DNA of 64,000 bases, from the NCBI RefSeq assembly GCF_030028105.1, contig NC_092384.1, forward strand, positions 36,277,553 through 36,341,552, given 5' to 3'. Made by a program: the position numbers and the translations under genes. The notes beneath the pieces are model-generated. The model was not told the origin of the DNA. It was given only the letters and a program-made list of their open reading frames with translations, and searched no databases. This stretch comes from Mobula birostris. Its lineage: Eukaryota. This document shows, piece by piece, positions 23,101 through 34,870 of the stretch (the first letter of the stretch is position 1; each line of letters opens with the position of its first letter).

Positions 23101-24287
23101 TCATACCGCAAAGTGAGCAAAAGCAAATGAAGGAAAGAACTCATTTGTCACACTTGGGCGTAGAAGGATGCCTCAGGCCCGCATGCGAATGTCTTTTTTG
23201 GCCAGGCGTGAGCAGCGACATCGAGCAATATATTGCTACATGTGATATTTTTGCACATATGAAATGAGTCAGCAGAAAAAATCGCTTATGAGTCATGAGG
23301 TACCTGCTCGGCTGTGGGAAAAGATAGGTACCAACCTGTTTATATTCGAAGGAAAAGAGTACCTTGTCACCGTTGATTACTACAGCAATTTCTTTGAGGT
23401 AGATCTTCTGTGCGATACGACCAGCGCAGTCGTTATTCGCAAATTGAAGGCTCATTTTGCAAGATATGGTAGCCCAACACAAATGGTTAGTGATAATGGG
23501 CCACAATACACGTCAGTGGAGTTTCACAGATTTGCACAAGAATGGGATTTTGAGCACTTGTGTAGCAGCCCCGGAAATAGTAAAGCGAATAGAAAAGCTG
23601 AATCAGCAGTTAAAACAGCTAAGCAGATCCTCACAAAGAGCAACAAATCGCGAGCAGATCCCTACCTCGCACTTCTGGACCATCCCAACACACCTTCGCA
23701 AGGGCTCAGCACGTCCTGCCCAGCATTTGATGAATCGCCGCACATGCATGTTCCTGCCTACAACAGTGAGTTTACTGGAACCCAGAGCTGTACACGAACA
23801 CGAGCGTATGAAACAACACGTCCAACAGCAGGCCGACAATTACAACAAATCAGCCAAAGGTCTTGCCCCACTCAATGAAGGGGGTACCGTGCGCATGCAA
23901 CCCTTGGTGCAAGGTAAAAAGAACTGGGAGAAAGCAATTGTGTGTCGGCGCCTTGATGACCGTTCATATGTAGTTCAAACCCCTTCTGGGATCTACCAAC
24001 ATAATTGCATATATCTACGAAAGACGGCTGAGGAACCACCTGAAAAGCTAATCACATATGAACAGGCAAAACTAGGTTAAACAATCGAGATCAATGACCA
24101 CAGTGTGCCTACCGCATCAAATGCACACAGCCAAGCACGAGCAGAGGCTAATGACACAACACAAACACTAACACAAGCATTGAAACATGCAAATAACGAA
24201 CAACAGGATTTGGACAAAACGGTAAAAACTCGTTCTGGCCGTACAGTGAAAAGGCCACAATATCGAGAAGACTTTGTCCCACATTGA
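20119..24287 (+). pseudogene. Gypsy gag-pol polyprotein, disrupted
   Basis: Zinc knuckles CTYCGTEH..C and CKPCGIQNHFAKVC; protease ADSGAS; RT IADDILVYG; RNase H QCDASSKGLGAALLQ/YASRAL; integrase HLSHLG, TVDYYS, SDNGPQY, AESAVK; in-frame TGA at 21626 and several frameshifts. Confidence 0.93.
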
Positions 24288-24615
24288 ATAATTGCATGAA
24301 CAATTGAACAATAAGTCTGTGACACTATTTGGCATTTTAATGTCATGTTTATACTCAAAGAAGGACCATGCCCTATTTGAGGTTGTGTAGTTGGTAGTTT
24401 GAAGTTAAAGTCGAATTTTAGTCTGTTTTATATTTTGTATATATGCTCATACAAACGGAAATAATGAGTGGTATGTATTTGTGACAGGCATAAGAGATAT
24501 AAGGCATGATTAATGAATGCTTTGAAAGTTAATTCCATGAAAATACACTGGAAAGTAGACTTCAGAGAAATTGAGTTTAATTGTTAACACAATTGTTCCT
24601 TCTCTTTGTTTTGAT

Positions 24616-24626
24616 AAAGAGGGGAA
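24616..24626 (+). promoter_or_regulatory. Polypurine tract
   Basis: aaagaggggaa immediately before the 3' LTR TG. Confidence 0.8.
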
Positions 24627-24718
24627 TGTTATGATATACTTGCACATGCACTCGTGAGCAGACAATTAAAGTTGGTGCGCATGCGCCGTTGTTTTTATCT
24701 GAAATATGTCTTGAAACA
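24627..24718 (+). repeat. 3' LTR (92 bp)
   Basis: TGTT...AACA, preceded by the PPT, matches the 5' LTR over about 72 bp. Confidence 0.9.
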
Positions 24719-26799
24719 GTGGCTGACCTGTTGTGTTGCTCCAGCACTTTGTGTGTGTTACTATTTATTCCATAAGCTATATTTGTCGCACAACTAAATT
24801 ACATCACAATTGTTGGTATCTAAGTTTACCAAATGCTCTCTCAGTACAAATTAAGCCATTGCAATTTTGGCATATAAGAGATTAGTATCTCTCTGCCTTT
24901 TAATTTAGCTGTCATATTGCTGTTACTAGATCACCTGCTAAAATCAATAATAGTAATTTCTAAACTAGACTTGTTAGAACTGCGTTTGTACATGTACATT
25001 ATCGTACTTACCACTTGAATGATTTAACTTACTGGATTTGCCTTTAGGCTGTTTTCTAAAGTTAGGTTTCCCTCATTTTAAATTAATTGATTTAACAATT
25101 GACAAAATGGGTTGAAATACTAATAATATCAGTATTACTATCAATAACCTATGAAACTCTGGGCACATTATTATATATTTTTTGAAACCATGTATAGCTG
25201 TACTCAATTCATATAGAGGCATTTTCAAGCATTGTATGAAACTTAAAAGACTATTGGAATTTAGTATTATAATTTGAAAAATACCCTAAACTATTTATTA
25301 TTTGTCAAAGGAGATGTGCAATAACTTCTAGTTATTTTAGGGATGAATACTCTGCAAAACTTGAGGAATCTATAAAGTCAACTAGCAACAATATGTTGGA
25401 CAGAGTTATCATCTGCTATTACATACAATCATAAGATGTTTGACAATTGTGTGATTTTTTTTCTTGAAATAATGTACAGAAGTTCAATATGACATTCAAT
25501 TGAACCTCCAGTAAATATTAAATCAGGAAAATCTCTAGTCAGTTTACTGCATCTTTAAAGTTGTGAGCAACCATAAACACTTGTGCAGAAGGTGCTGAAT
25601 GAACTTTGTAATAAGATAAATTAACTGACTTACTAAAAGTTTGTTTTTGCTGTTGTTATCTTACAGTGTCAGAGATCATTTAATTCATTCATCAGAGTGA
25701 AAGGAAAGCTGTTTAATTAATTACGCCGTGTAATTTAAAATCACTGGAATTCATTCCCCAATGTTGCTAAAAGATTATTAATTTATATCTGTGTAACCTA
25801 AAAGTAATTTTATTCCATTATTTGACACAGCAACCTTTCAACCAAACTGGTTATAAATAATTTGAGCTTAGGTATTTGACACTCCTGCAAACTATTTTCC
25901 TCTGCAAACTAGTTATAGAAATTATTTCTGTTTAACAAAGGAATGTTTATCTTAAAATGATGAATTGCAAAATGATTATTGACAACTTTGCCTGGTTGAA
26001 ATTTATATATTGAAAATATTTTCACAGAATACATTTAACATTTTATTAAATTGTTTTTAGTGCCTCTGAAACTTAGTGAGTTCACTTAAAATGCTTCTTT
26101 GAGACAAAAATATGTGTTTAAGAATGTTTTTGTTCTTTAAATTTGAATCACTATCCAATTTCATCTGTTAATAATTTCAGAAGAAAGAGTTGATTGAAAT
26201 TTTAACAAAATATTTACTATAGAGTTGGATTTCTATTCTTTAGTGATATAAGTATGACCTAATTTTGATTTGTGGGTATATATTTATAATTTGCTAAGTT
26301 GAGTTTAATTTTATGATACAATTGATGCCATTAATCAAGAAAGCAGTTCAGACAGTCATACTATTCACCACGTTCCTGCTCTGATCTATCATTTTGTCTT
26401 CGTTATAAGAAAAGCAATAACAGATCTAAATATGAATTGTGCAATTTGTATAAATTGGGTTGTGACAAGTAGTTCGCCGTAAAGACAAATAGCCTGGAAT
26501 TACATAGAATCTTTTTTGGTATTATCTGTGTCTGTATATATTTAGATAATTTTGTAAGGAAATTTGTGTAAAACTGTTTAACACCAATTTAATACTAAAA
26601 CCTTACAAGTTGTAGATTTTTATCATTACTTGCGCAACATTGAGATTCATCTTTCAAGATTTTCTGCCGTTTGCTTATGCAGCCGTAGCTCAAATCAAAT
26701 GTCAGTCCACCTCTGCTTCCTAGACTTGCGCCCCATGGCTTTAGCACCCTTGGGCTGATCCTGGTTTTGAATATGGATTTAATGCATTTTCCTCTGTAA

Positions 26800-27015
26800 C
26801 TGTTAAGCTTTTTTCCTGGATGTCGTAGTTCCCAAACTGTGCTGGTAGTTTAATTGGCTACTGCAAATTCCAACCAGTGTGGATGGATGGCAGGAAACAA
26901 AGGGAGAGCTGATGGATATATGAGACAGAATAGGTTGCAGGGACCTAAGTGGAACTGATGGGATTGTTCTGACTGCCAACATAGACTCAATGGGCAAATA
27001 ACCTCATTCTGTATC
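26800..27015 (+). mobile_element. V-SINE-like 3' fragment
   Basis: cccaaactgtgctggtagtttaattggctactgcaaattc and a CR1-like tail catagactcaatgggc..ctcattctgtatc. Confidence 0.55.
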
Positions 27016-27027
27016 ATTTTAAGATCA

Positions 27028-27155
27028 CCTAGTCCTGAAGAAAGATCTCAACTGTTCACTCATTTCCATAGATGCGGCCTGACCTACTGAGTTCCTCCAA
27101 TGTTTCGTGTGTGTTGTTCTGTATTTCCTGCATCTGCAGAATCTTTTGTGTTTAG
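27028..27155 (+). repeat. Penelope pLTR tail fragment with truncated hammerhead remnant
   Basis: agtcctgaagaa..catagatgcggcctgacctactgagttcctcc..gcatctgcagaatc. Confidence 0.75.
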
Positions 27156-30100
27156 ATAATCTAGTGTTAAAAAAACAAAACAGAAGTGTTGTCAGTATTA
27201 ATGCAACAGATGATTTTGGAACCTAAGTGATCAGAACAGCCAAATCTAAAGCTATCCATCAGTTTAATTCAGTAGGAGAAAGGGCAGTGGCAGCAGTAAA
27301 GGGTCTGAGATAAAATATGTTTCCTCAGTTGATCTCAGATCTTCCTGCTTGACACTTCTTTTTTAAATTAAGCTTGACTTCCTTTTAAGAGGACTAGTGC
27401 AAACTTTTTTGCAAAACCTGATACAGAAATTTCAGTTTACATTCTCTAGCTGTCATCATATACGGCATAGTGAACTGCAGAGCAGAGCAAGATATATCAC
27501 TTAGGTTATCCATTCCTTTTTTTTATAAACACTTTGGATTTTTCCATTAAACTGGTTGTCTTAAAACCTCTAAAATATTTATTGAAGCATTTTTAAATTA
27601 TATAAATAAAATAATGAAATATTAGAGATTTTGTTCAATGTAATAATTGGAGTGGTGTTTGTCCCTATAGTATCCAATGTGTTTTATCTGTTTATAGATG
27701 GGGGCTTTTCATCCACTACAGTATGTCAGCTGCAGCTAGAATTTAGCTTGTGTCATGACTAATTTAAACTCTCTAGTTTCAGAATTCTCAATATAAAACA
27801 CTATTATTTTAAATAATTGGTAATGCAACCTGGATTTTCAAAGTGAACTTGTGCTATGAAGCATCAGATAAAGATTGTCATCAGCCTCTAAATTTACTGA
27901 AGCTCAATCCATGAAATCATTCCTTTTAATTCACACTACTTAGGGGACCTTGCCAATCGCTAATCCAATGTAGAAGTATATAATTGTTGGCCATTATGAC
28001 TTGGAGCCAATGAATACGTGATGGATGACCACTTTATGATTGATTAAAGGTTTTGCAGTGCACCATTAATTGTTGCACACTGATAATGCTAAACCTATCT
28101 TGGATCTGGATTGGTGCACTAAAGTTACCAATGTTTTGGGAAGAAAGAATATCACATTTGAGGAGTATTTAAAGCTGTTAATTGAATGTGCCTTTGACAG
28201 ATGGAATTGATACCAGTTTCGCCCTATATTTGAACTTTCCTTCAACCAGTCACTGAAGAAGATGGCAGGATATATGCTTGAATTGGATATCTTCATGAAA
28301 AGAACATTTTATGCTTTATTCTGCCAGCCTCGCCAACAAAATATTTTATTTTAAAAATATTGCTGGGTACACCAGGAAATTCAAAATGGGTAAATCTAAC
28401 AAATAGAGCTTTACAGTGGCAGCACTGATATATAATGTCAATATATAAAGTACTCATTTGTTTAAACGCATATGTACATTTCAGATATTAATCTACAGAA
28501 TATAGTTTTTGTCTATGTGCATTTATGGATACAAGAACACACATATTTTTATAAACTCAGTGACATTCAGTAACAGGGTCGGAATGGGAACCACAAAGAA
28601 TTTGAGTATGGAAAAAGTGATAGGGAGAGGTTAAACAAAAAATTGATGTCTGACTATTCCCATGCACTGCTGGGCCTTCCATATCCTACTTCACACCATG
28701 TCCTGTTCACCCATCACACTTATACTTACCAGTCAACAATGCCTCTGAGCCCAGAAATTCCTCAAGTCAAAACACATCATCATGTTTAGATCCTTCCTAT
28801 ATTCTAACATTTAATCTCTTCCTTTTAGATACCTGTCCCAAATACTTGAAAAATATACTGCATTAATTAGTTTATGCTGTGATTGAACATCAGCTACCCA
28901 AAGCCATTATCACGATAATTATCTTTCGAATTCTTTTCAGCTCTCTACCTCCTCGACCTCTCTTTTTCTTTTGAAAATTTTCCTGGTTAACCAAGCTAAT
29001 ATTTCTTTATTTCAGTATGTGATTCAGTGTAAAATTTTGCCCAGGGAGATCACTGTGATGTTCTTTCTACGTTACAGATGATTTGCAAGATTTTTGTACT
29101 GAAGTTAAGCAAAGTTGGTGTACAATTAATTATTATGAGAAAGTGTGTAGAAACTAGAAGTGCATTTGCAAAATTATTGATGAGCCAGGTAAAATCTGGG
29201 CTTCATTCAATCAATGGTAAAAACAAATTGGATCAGGATAGGTACTTGTGTTGTAAAAACAGAACGGATGGCTGAGTAAAGAATCCAATAATCCTGGATG
29301 TTTTACATTTCACCAAACATTAAGAATACAATTAATTGTAGTTCTTTACAGGCAGTGGCAGCAGCTGAACACATTTTATTCTAAAACTCCACAGCTCATT
29401 GAGGAACATTAAAAACACACCGAACGGGAAAAGTCTTATCTTCATTTGGCAACCTTAAGTAAGGTATGCAAAAATTGGTTTCTTTTATTTCAGTGCAGGA
29501 TGAGTCATGTAAAACAAGGAACTAAATTGATAGGTGAACACAATAAAGTAGTCTATATGCATTCTCCTACACCCCTGTTCCCTTTTACCTCTGGAACAGG
29601 TCCTGAATTTGGCTTACACGATCTTTTTCTCTTGTGGTTGTCATGATTCTATGTGAAATGAGGTTAGACATTCTCAATTAACTTCCATGTCGATAATGTA
29701 GCTCCTTTGCTGAAAGTAGATACCATAGTATTTAATGATTTCAAGATGTACAAAAGAGGTTCACATAATAGATATATACTCACACAAGATCCACCAGTTT
29801 AAAATCTGGAAGGAGGTTTACATCTGACTATGATCCTACCCTACAGTTCTCAGTTTAATTACAGGAAAGTCCAAAATAAATAAAAAATCTTACGAATTCT
29901 ACTAGAATGAGTAAACAATAATACTTCTGATTGCCTCCATCCTTAGCCAAATCTGGTCCACAGTCTATGTAGCTTCGATTCGGAAAAGCCAGTATGCTCA
30001 GGGCTTTTTCTGGTGTCTGTGCTGTTCAATTTGAATATTTATTTTTCCGTATGGTGGACTAGCAAATGTTAGCCAATCTCATTTAAGTTATTTTATTAGC

Positions 30101-30334
30101 GTTTTGCTTTAGTTAAGGAAATCAGAAATGGAACTTGCAGGTGTTTGGTGCATCCTTCCAACAGTAGTACTTGGCCTTCCTGTACTCCTGCCTTGACTTC
30201 TTCCAACAATGGTAGGCCCCATCCCTGGATTCTCCACTAATCTTGGAGTTTACTTGAGGCGCACACAAGAGAGACACAGAATCGTGGCAGACACAGGGTG
30301 CTTATCATAAGATAATGAATGAATCCCATTCTTT

Positions 30335-33325
30335 AAACTAATACGGCAGGGGGATGGGAACAAGGATGAAAGAGCTGAGGATGAGCCAGCAGGTTTACAA
30401 GTAGATGATGGATGTAACAAGAATATAAGGAAGGGCAAGCCAATGGTTAGGTACAAATGCAGACAGTGCAAAAAGTTAAATTATACCGAGGCAAAATTCA
30501 AAAGGTCGAAGAATGCAGGACAGAAGGCAACCTTCGGGATAAAATGGACGAACTCGTGGTGCATTTAGAGATTGTTTGGTATGACATTGTGGGCTTCACT
30601 GAGTCATGGCTGAAAGAGGGTTATTGTTGGCAGCTTAACATCAAAGAATGTACTTTGTATCGAAAGCACAGGCAGGAAAGCATAGGCACTGGTGTGGCTC
30701 TGTTGGTAAGAGATGGAATTACATCTTTAGAAAGAGGTGACATAGGGTCAGAGAATGTTGAATCTTTGTGGGTGAAGTTATGAAACTGCAACGGTTAAAA
30801 GGCCATCATGGGAATCATATATAGGCCTCCAAATAGTTGCCAAGATGTAGGGTTGAGATTGCAAAGGGAGTTGGAAAAGGCATGTAATAAGGATAATGAC
30901 ACAATTGTAATGGGGGACTTTAATATGCAAGGGGATTGGGAAAATCAGGTTTGTGTCGAATCGCAAGAGAGGTATTTTGTTGAATGCCTACAAGATGGCT
31001 TTTCAGAGCAGCTTGTGCTTGAGCCTACTCAGGGAAAGGCTATCTTAGATTGGGTGTTGTGCAATAACCCAGATATTATTAGGGAGCTTAATGTAAAGGG
31101 TTCCTTAGAAGGCAGTGATCATAATATGATTGAATTCATACGACAATTGGAGAGGGAGAAGCACAACTCACACGTATCAGTACCGCAATGGAATAAAGGG
31201 AATTACAGGGGCATGAGAGAGGAGATTGTCCAGGTGGATTGGAGGAGGATACTGGTGGGGATGACAGGAGAGCAGAGACATCTGAAGTTTCTGGGAATAG
31301 TTCACAAGGCACAGGGTAGATATGTCCCACAGAGGAAGAAGTTCTCAAATGGCAGGGCTAGCTAACCATAGCTGGCAAGGGAAGTTAAGAACTGCATAAA
31401 AGCCAAGGAAAGGGCATGTAAGGGAGCAAAAAGTGAGTGGGAAGTTGGATGATTGGGAAGCTTTTAAAATCCAAAAAAAGGCAACGAAAAAAGTTATAAG
31501 AAGGGAAAAGGTGAAAGATGAAGGCAATAATATAAAGCAGGATACCAAAAGTTTTTACAGTTGTATAAAGAGTAAAAGGGAGGTGAGAGTTGATATTGGA
31601 CCATTGGAAAATGATGCTGGTGAGGTAGTAATGGGGGACAAAGAAATGGCAGATGATCTAAATGGGTACTTTGCATCTGGCTTCACTGTGGAAAACACTA
31701 GCAGTGTGCTAGAAGTCTGTGAGTGTCAGGAGCAGGAGTGAGTGTCGTTGCTATTACAAAGGAAAACGCACACGGCAAACTCAAAAGTCTTAAGGTGGAT
31801 AAGTCACCTGCACCAGATGGACTATATCCCAGAGTCCTGAGAGAGGTTGCTGAAGAGATAACAGATGCATTGGTCATCACCTTTCAAGAATTACTTGATT
31901 CTGGCATGGTCCTGAAGGACTGGCAGATTGAAAATGTCACTCCACTCTTTAAGAAGGGAGGAAGGCAAAAGAAAGGAAATTATAGGCCAGTTAATCTAAC
32001 CTCAGTGGTTGGAGTCTACTATTAAGAGTGAAGTTTCAAGGTACTTGGAAACTAATGATAAAATAAGTCAAAGTCAGCCTGGTTTCTGTGAAAGGAAATC
32101 TTGCTTGACAAATCTGTTAGAGTTCTTTGAGGAATTAACAAGCAGGGAGGACAAAGGAGAGGCAGTGGATGTCATTTACTTGGATTTTCAGAAGGTGTTT
32201 GTTAAGGTGCCACACATAAGGCTGCTTAACAAGAAAAAATCCTATGGCATTACAAGAAAGATACTGGCATGAATAGCAGAATGGCTGACAGGCAGGAGGC
32301 AGCAATTGGGAATAAAAGGGACCTTTTCTGGTTGGCTGTCAATGACTAGTGGTGTTCCTCAGGGATCAGTATTGGGGCCGTTGCTTTTCACATTGTTTCT
32401 CAATGATTTAGATTGTGAAATTGATGGCTTTGTGGCAAAGTTTGTGGATGATACAAAGATAGGTAGTGCTGAGGAAGCAATGCAATTGCAGCAGGACTTG
32501 GACAAATTGAAGAACGGGCAAAAAAGTGGCAGATGGAATACAGTGCTGGGAAATGTATGATAATGCATTTTGGTCAAAGGAACAATAGCACAAACTATTA
32601 TCTAAATAAGTTCAAACATCAGAGCTGTAAGACTCCCAGAAGGTTAAGTTACAGGTTAAATCTGTGGTAAAGAAGACAAATACAACATTGGCATTTATTT
32701 CAAGGGGAATAGAATATAAAAGCAAGGAGGTAATGCTGAGCCTTTATAAGACAGTAGTCAGGCTGCATTTGGTGTATTGTCAACAGTTTTGGGCCTCATA
32801 TCTCAGAAAGAATGTGTTGCTATTGGAGAGGGTCCATAAGAAGTTCACAAGGATGATTCTGGGAATGAAGAGGTCAACATATGAGGAGCATTTGGCAGTG
32901 TTGGGCCTGTACTCAGTGAAATTTAGAAGAATGCATGGGGATCTCAATGAAACCTACTGAATGTTGAAAGGACTAGATAGGGTGGATGTGGAGAGGATGC
33001 TTCCTCTAATGCGGGTATCCAAAACTAGAGGGCACAACCTCAAAATTGTGGGGCAATCCTTTAGAACAGAGGTAAGAAGGAATTTTTTTTAGTCGGAGTA
33101 CTAAATTTGTGGAATGCTCTGCCACAGACTGCCGAGGAGGCCAAGTTCATAGGTATATTTAAGGCGGAAGTTGATCGTTTCCTGATCGGTCAGAGCATCA
33201 AAGGATATGGCGAGAAGGCAGGTTCATGGGGTTGAGTGGGATCCAGGATCGACAATGATGGAATGGTGGAGCAAAGTCAATAGGCTGAATAGCCTAATTC
33301 TGCTGCTATGCCTTATGGCCTTGTG
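30335..33325 (+). mobile_element. CR1 LINE with nearly complete but disrupted ORF2
   Basis: GFTESWL, IYRPPN, IVMGDFN, GSDHNMI, KSPAPDG, NYRPVNLTS, YLDFQKVF, GVPQGSVLGPLLF, KFVDDTK; CR1 3' UTR. Confidence 0.96.
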
Positions 33326-34404
33326 ATCTGTAGGCCTTCACTGCCAATCTATTGCAGTGGAAGTAGTCATATGCCTCTTGCCTTTCAGTTTACTTTCCTT
33401 TGAACACTCAGCAGACCTCAGAGAGTGCAAGAGTAGAGGACCTCTCTTCAGCTCTGTTGTAGGACTTCGTCAATAAAACATTTGAGTTGTTTTATGTGCT
33501 CAACAAAAGCCACAGCCCTTTACTTCCATTAAGAACAAACCAAAACCAGTCCTCTTACACTGACTTAATAATGTCAGACACCATCTCAATGGTAGTATAT
33601 GTGAATTATGTCGAACAGTTTCTATTATGAACAGTATGTGTCATCTGCCACCCATTACATTACCCTACACATGCCCCCCTCACCAGTATGAGCTGCTGAG
33701 CTTGGGTCCTATATGCCTTGGTTGGAGTAACAGCAGATGCCTTTGGCTCATCCAGAGCTGTGCTGGCATGCACATGGTCATGTCATGATGCAGGGTATAC
33801 AGTAGTGGAACTATCTAGGTCCTGCTGGGTCAGTCTAAGGTGATCTACAGAAACAGAGTGACACCATATCTTTGCAGTAATGTTGATGGAGGCCTCACCC
33901 CAAACAACAGCCCAAGGAATTCTAGATATAAGCAAGCTCAATTGAATATTTTGCACTCATTCCCATCATTTTTTTTATCACCAAAGTTATTTTATGATAC
34001 AGTAATTGAGTTAGTTCTGGACGTTCAGACGTACACTGACATATGGCCACCCATCCATTCCATGCATTGTGAAAGAGAACCTATGAATGGGGAAAAAAGG
34101 CAAAATAGTATGTTAAACCAGTAATGTTTTCCCCCTAATTCTATACATTCGAGAGAATGGAGAATGGGGAGACCATGTCACAGTGTCTTTGTCTCAGTAC
34201 AAAATGAGTAACATTGGATCCGTAGCTTGGTTTACATCCCACTCCTTTGAAATTGAAATTGGGTTGTGTTTAAAATGGGCAAGTAATTTGCTGCTGACTA
34301 CCTCACTAATTGTGATGATCCAGGTTGCTTACCTTGCAGCCTTTTTGTAGTACTTTGAGGTAAGGTCTCCATCTATCCTGTTGTGTTGATGTAGAAGAAT
34401 TGGG

Positions 34405-34870
34405 GTTTGAAAGGAAGATGAGCTTTATTTGCCACATGTAGATCAAAACATACAGTGAAATCAAATCAAAAATGCAAGGTTTGTGCCGCCTGCAAGTGTC
34501 ACCATGCTTACAGTCCCAACGTAGCATGCCCACAACTTTCAAAGTTCAAATAAAATTTAATATCAAAGTACATATGTGTCACCATATATAACCCTGAGTT
34601 ACATCTTCTTCCAAGTATGCTCAATAAATGCAACAACCATAACAGAATCAATGAAAGACCACATCAACAGGGCAGACAACCAGTGTGCAAAAGGCAACAA
34701 ATGGTGCAAGTCCTTTCTAACCCCAAATTTAACCATATGTCGTTGGAATCTGGGAGGAAAGCGAAGCACCCAAAGGCACATGCAAACTACTTAGTAGCGG
34801 GAATCAAACCTCAATCAGTGATCACCAGCGCTGTAAAGTGGTTGCACTGACCGCTGTGATACTCTGCCAC
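34405..34870 (-). mobile_element. V-SINE-like element with an inserted retroposon tail (about 34538-34710)
   Basis: ttggaatctgggaggaaagcgaagcaccc (V-domain reverse complement), gggaatcaaacc (B box reverse complement); the insert resembles the reverse complement of 47210-47342. Confidence 0.6.

Larger units (their letters stand above)
19900..24718 (+). mobile_element. Ty3/Gypsy LTR retrotransposon (Mag-like), near full length
   Basis: Paired short LTRs, PBS-like TGG start, PPT, domain order gag-PR-RT-RNaseH-IN. Confidence 0.95.

Noticed and set aside
28099-28210. Protein-looking short frame LDLDWCTKVTNVLGRKNITFEEYLKLLIECAFDRWN
   Set aside because: No clear splice sites or recognisable homology
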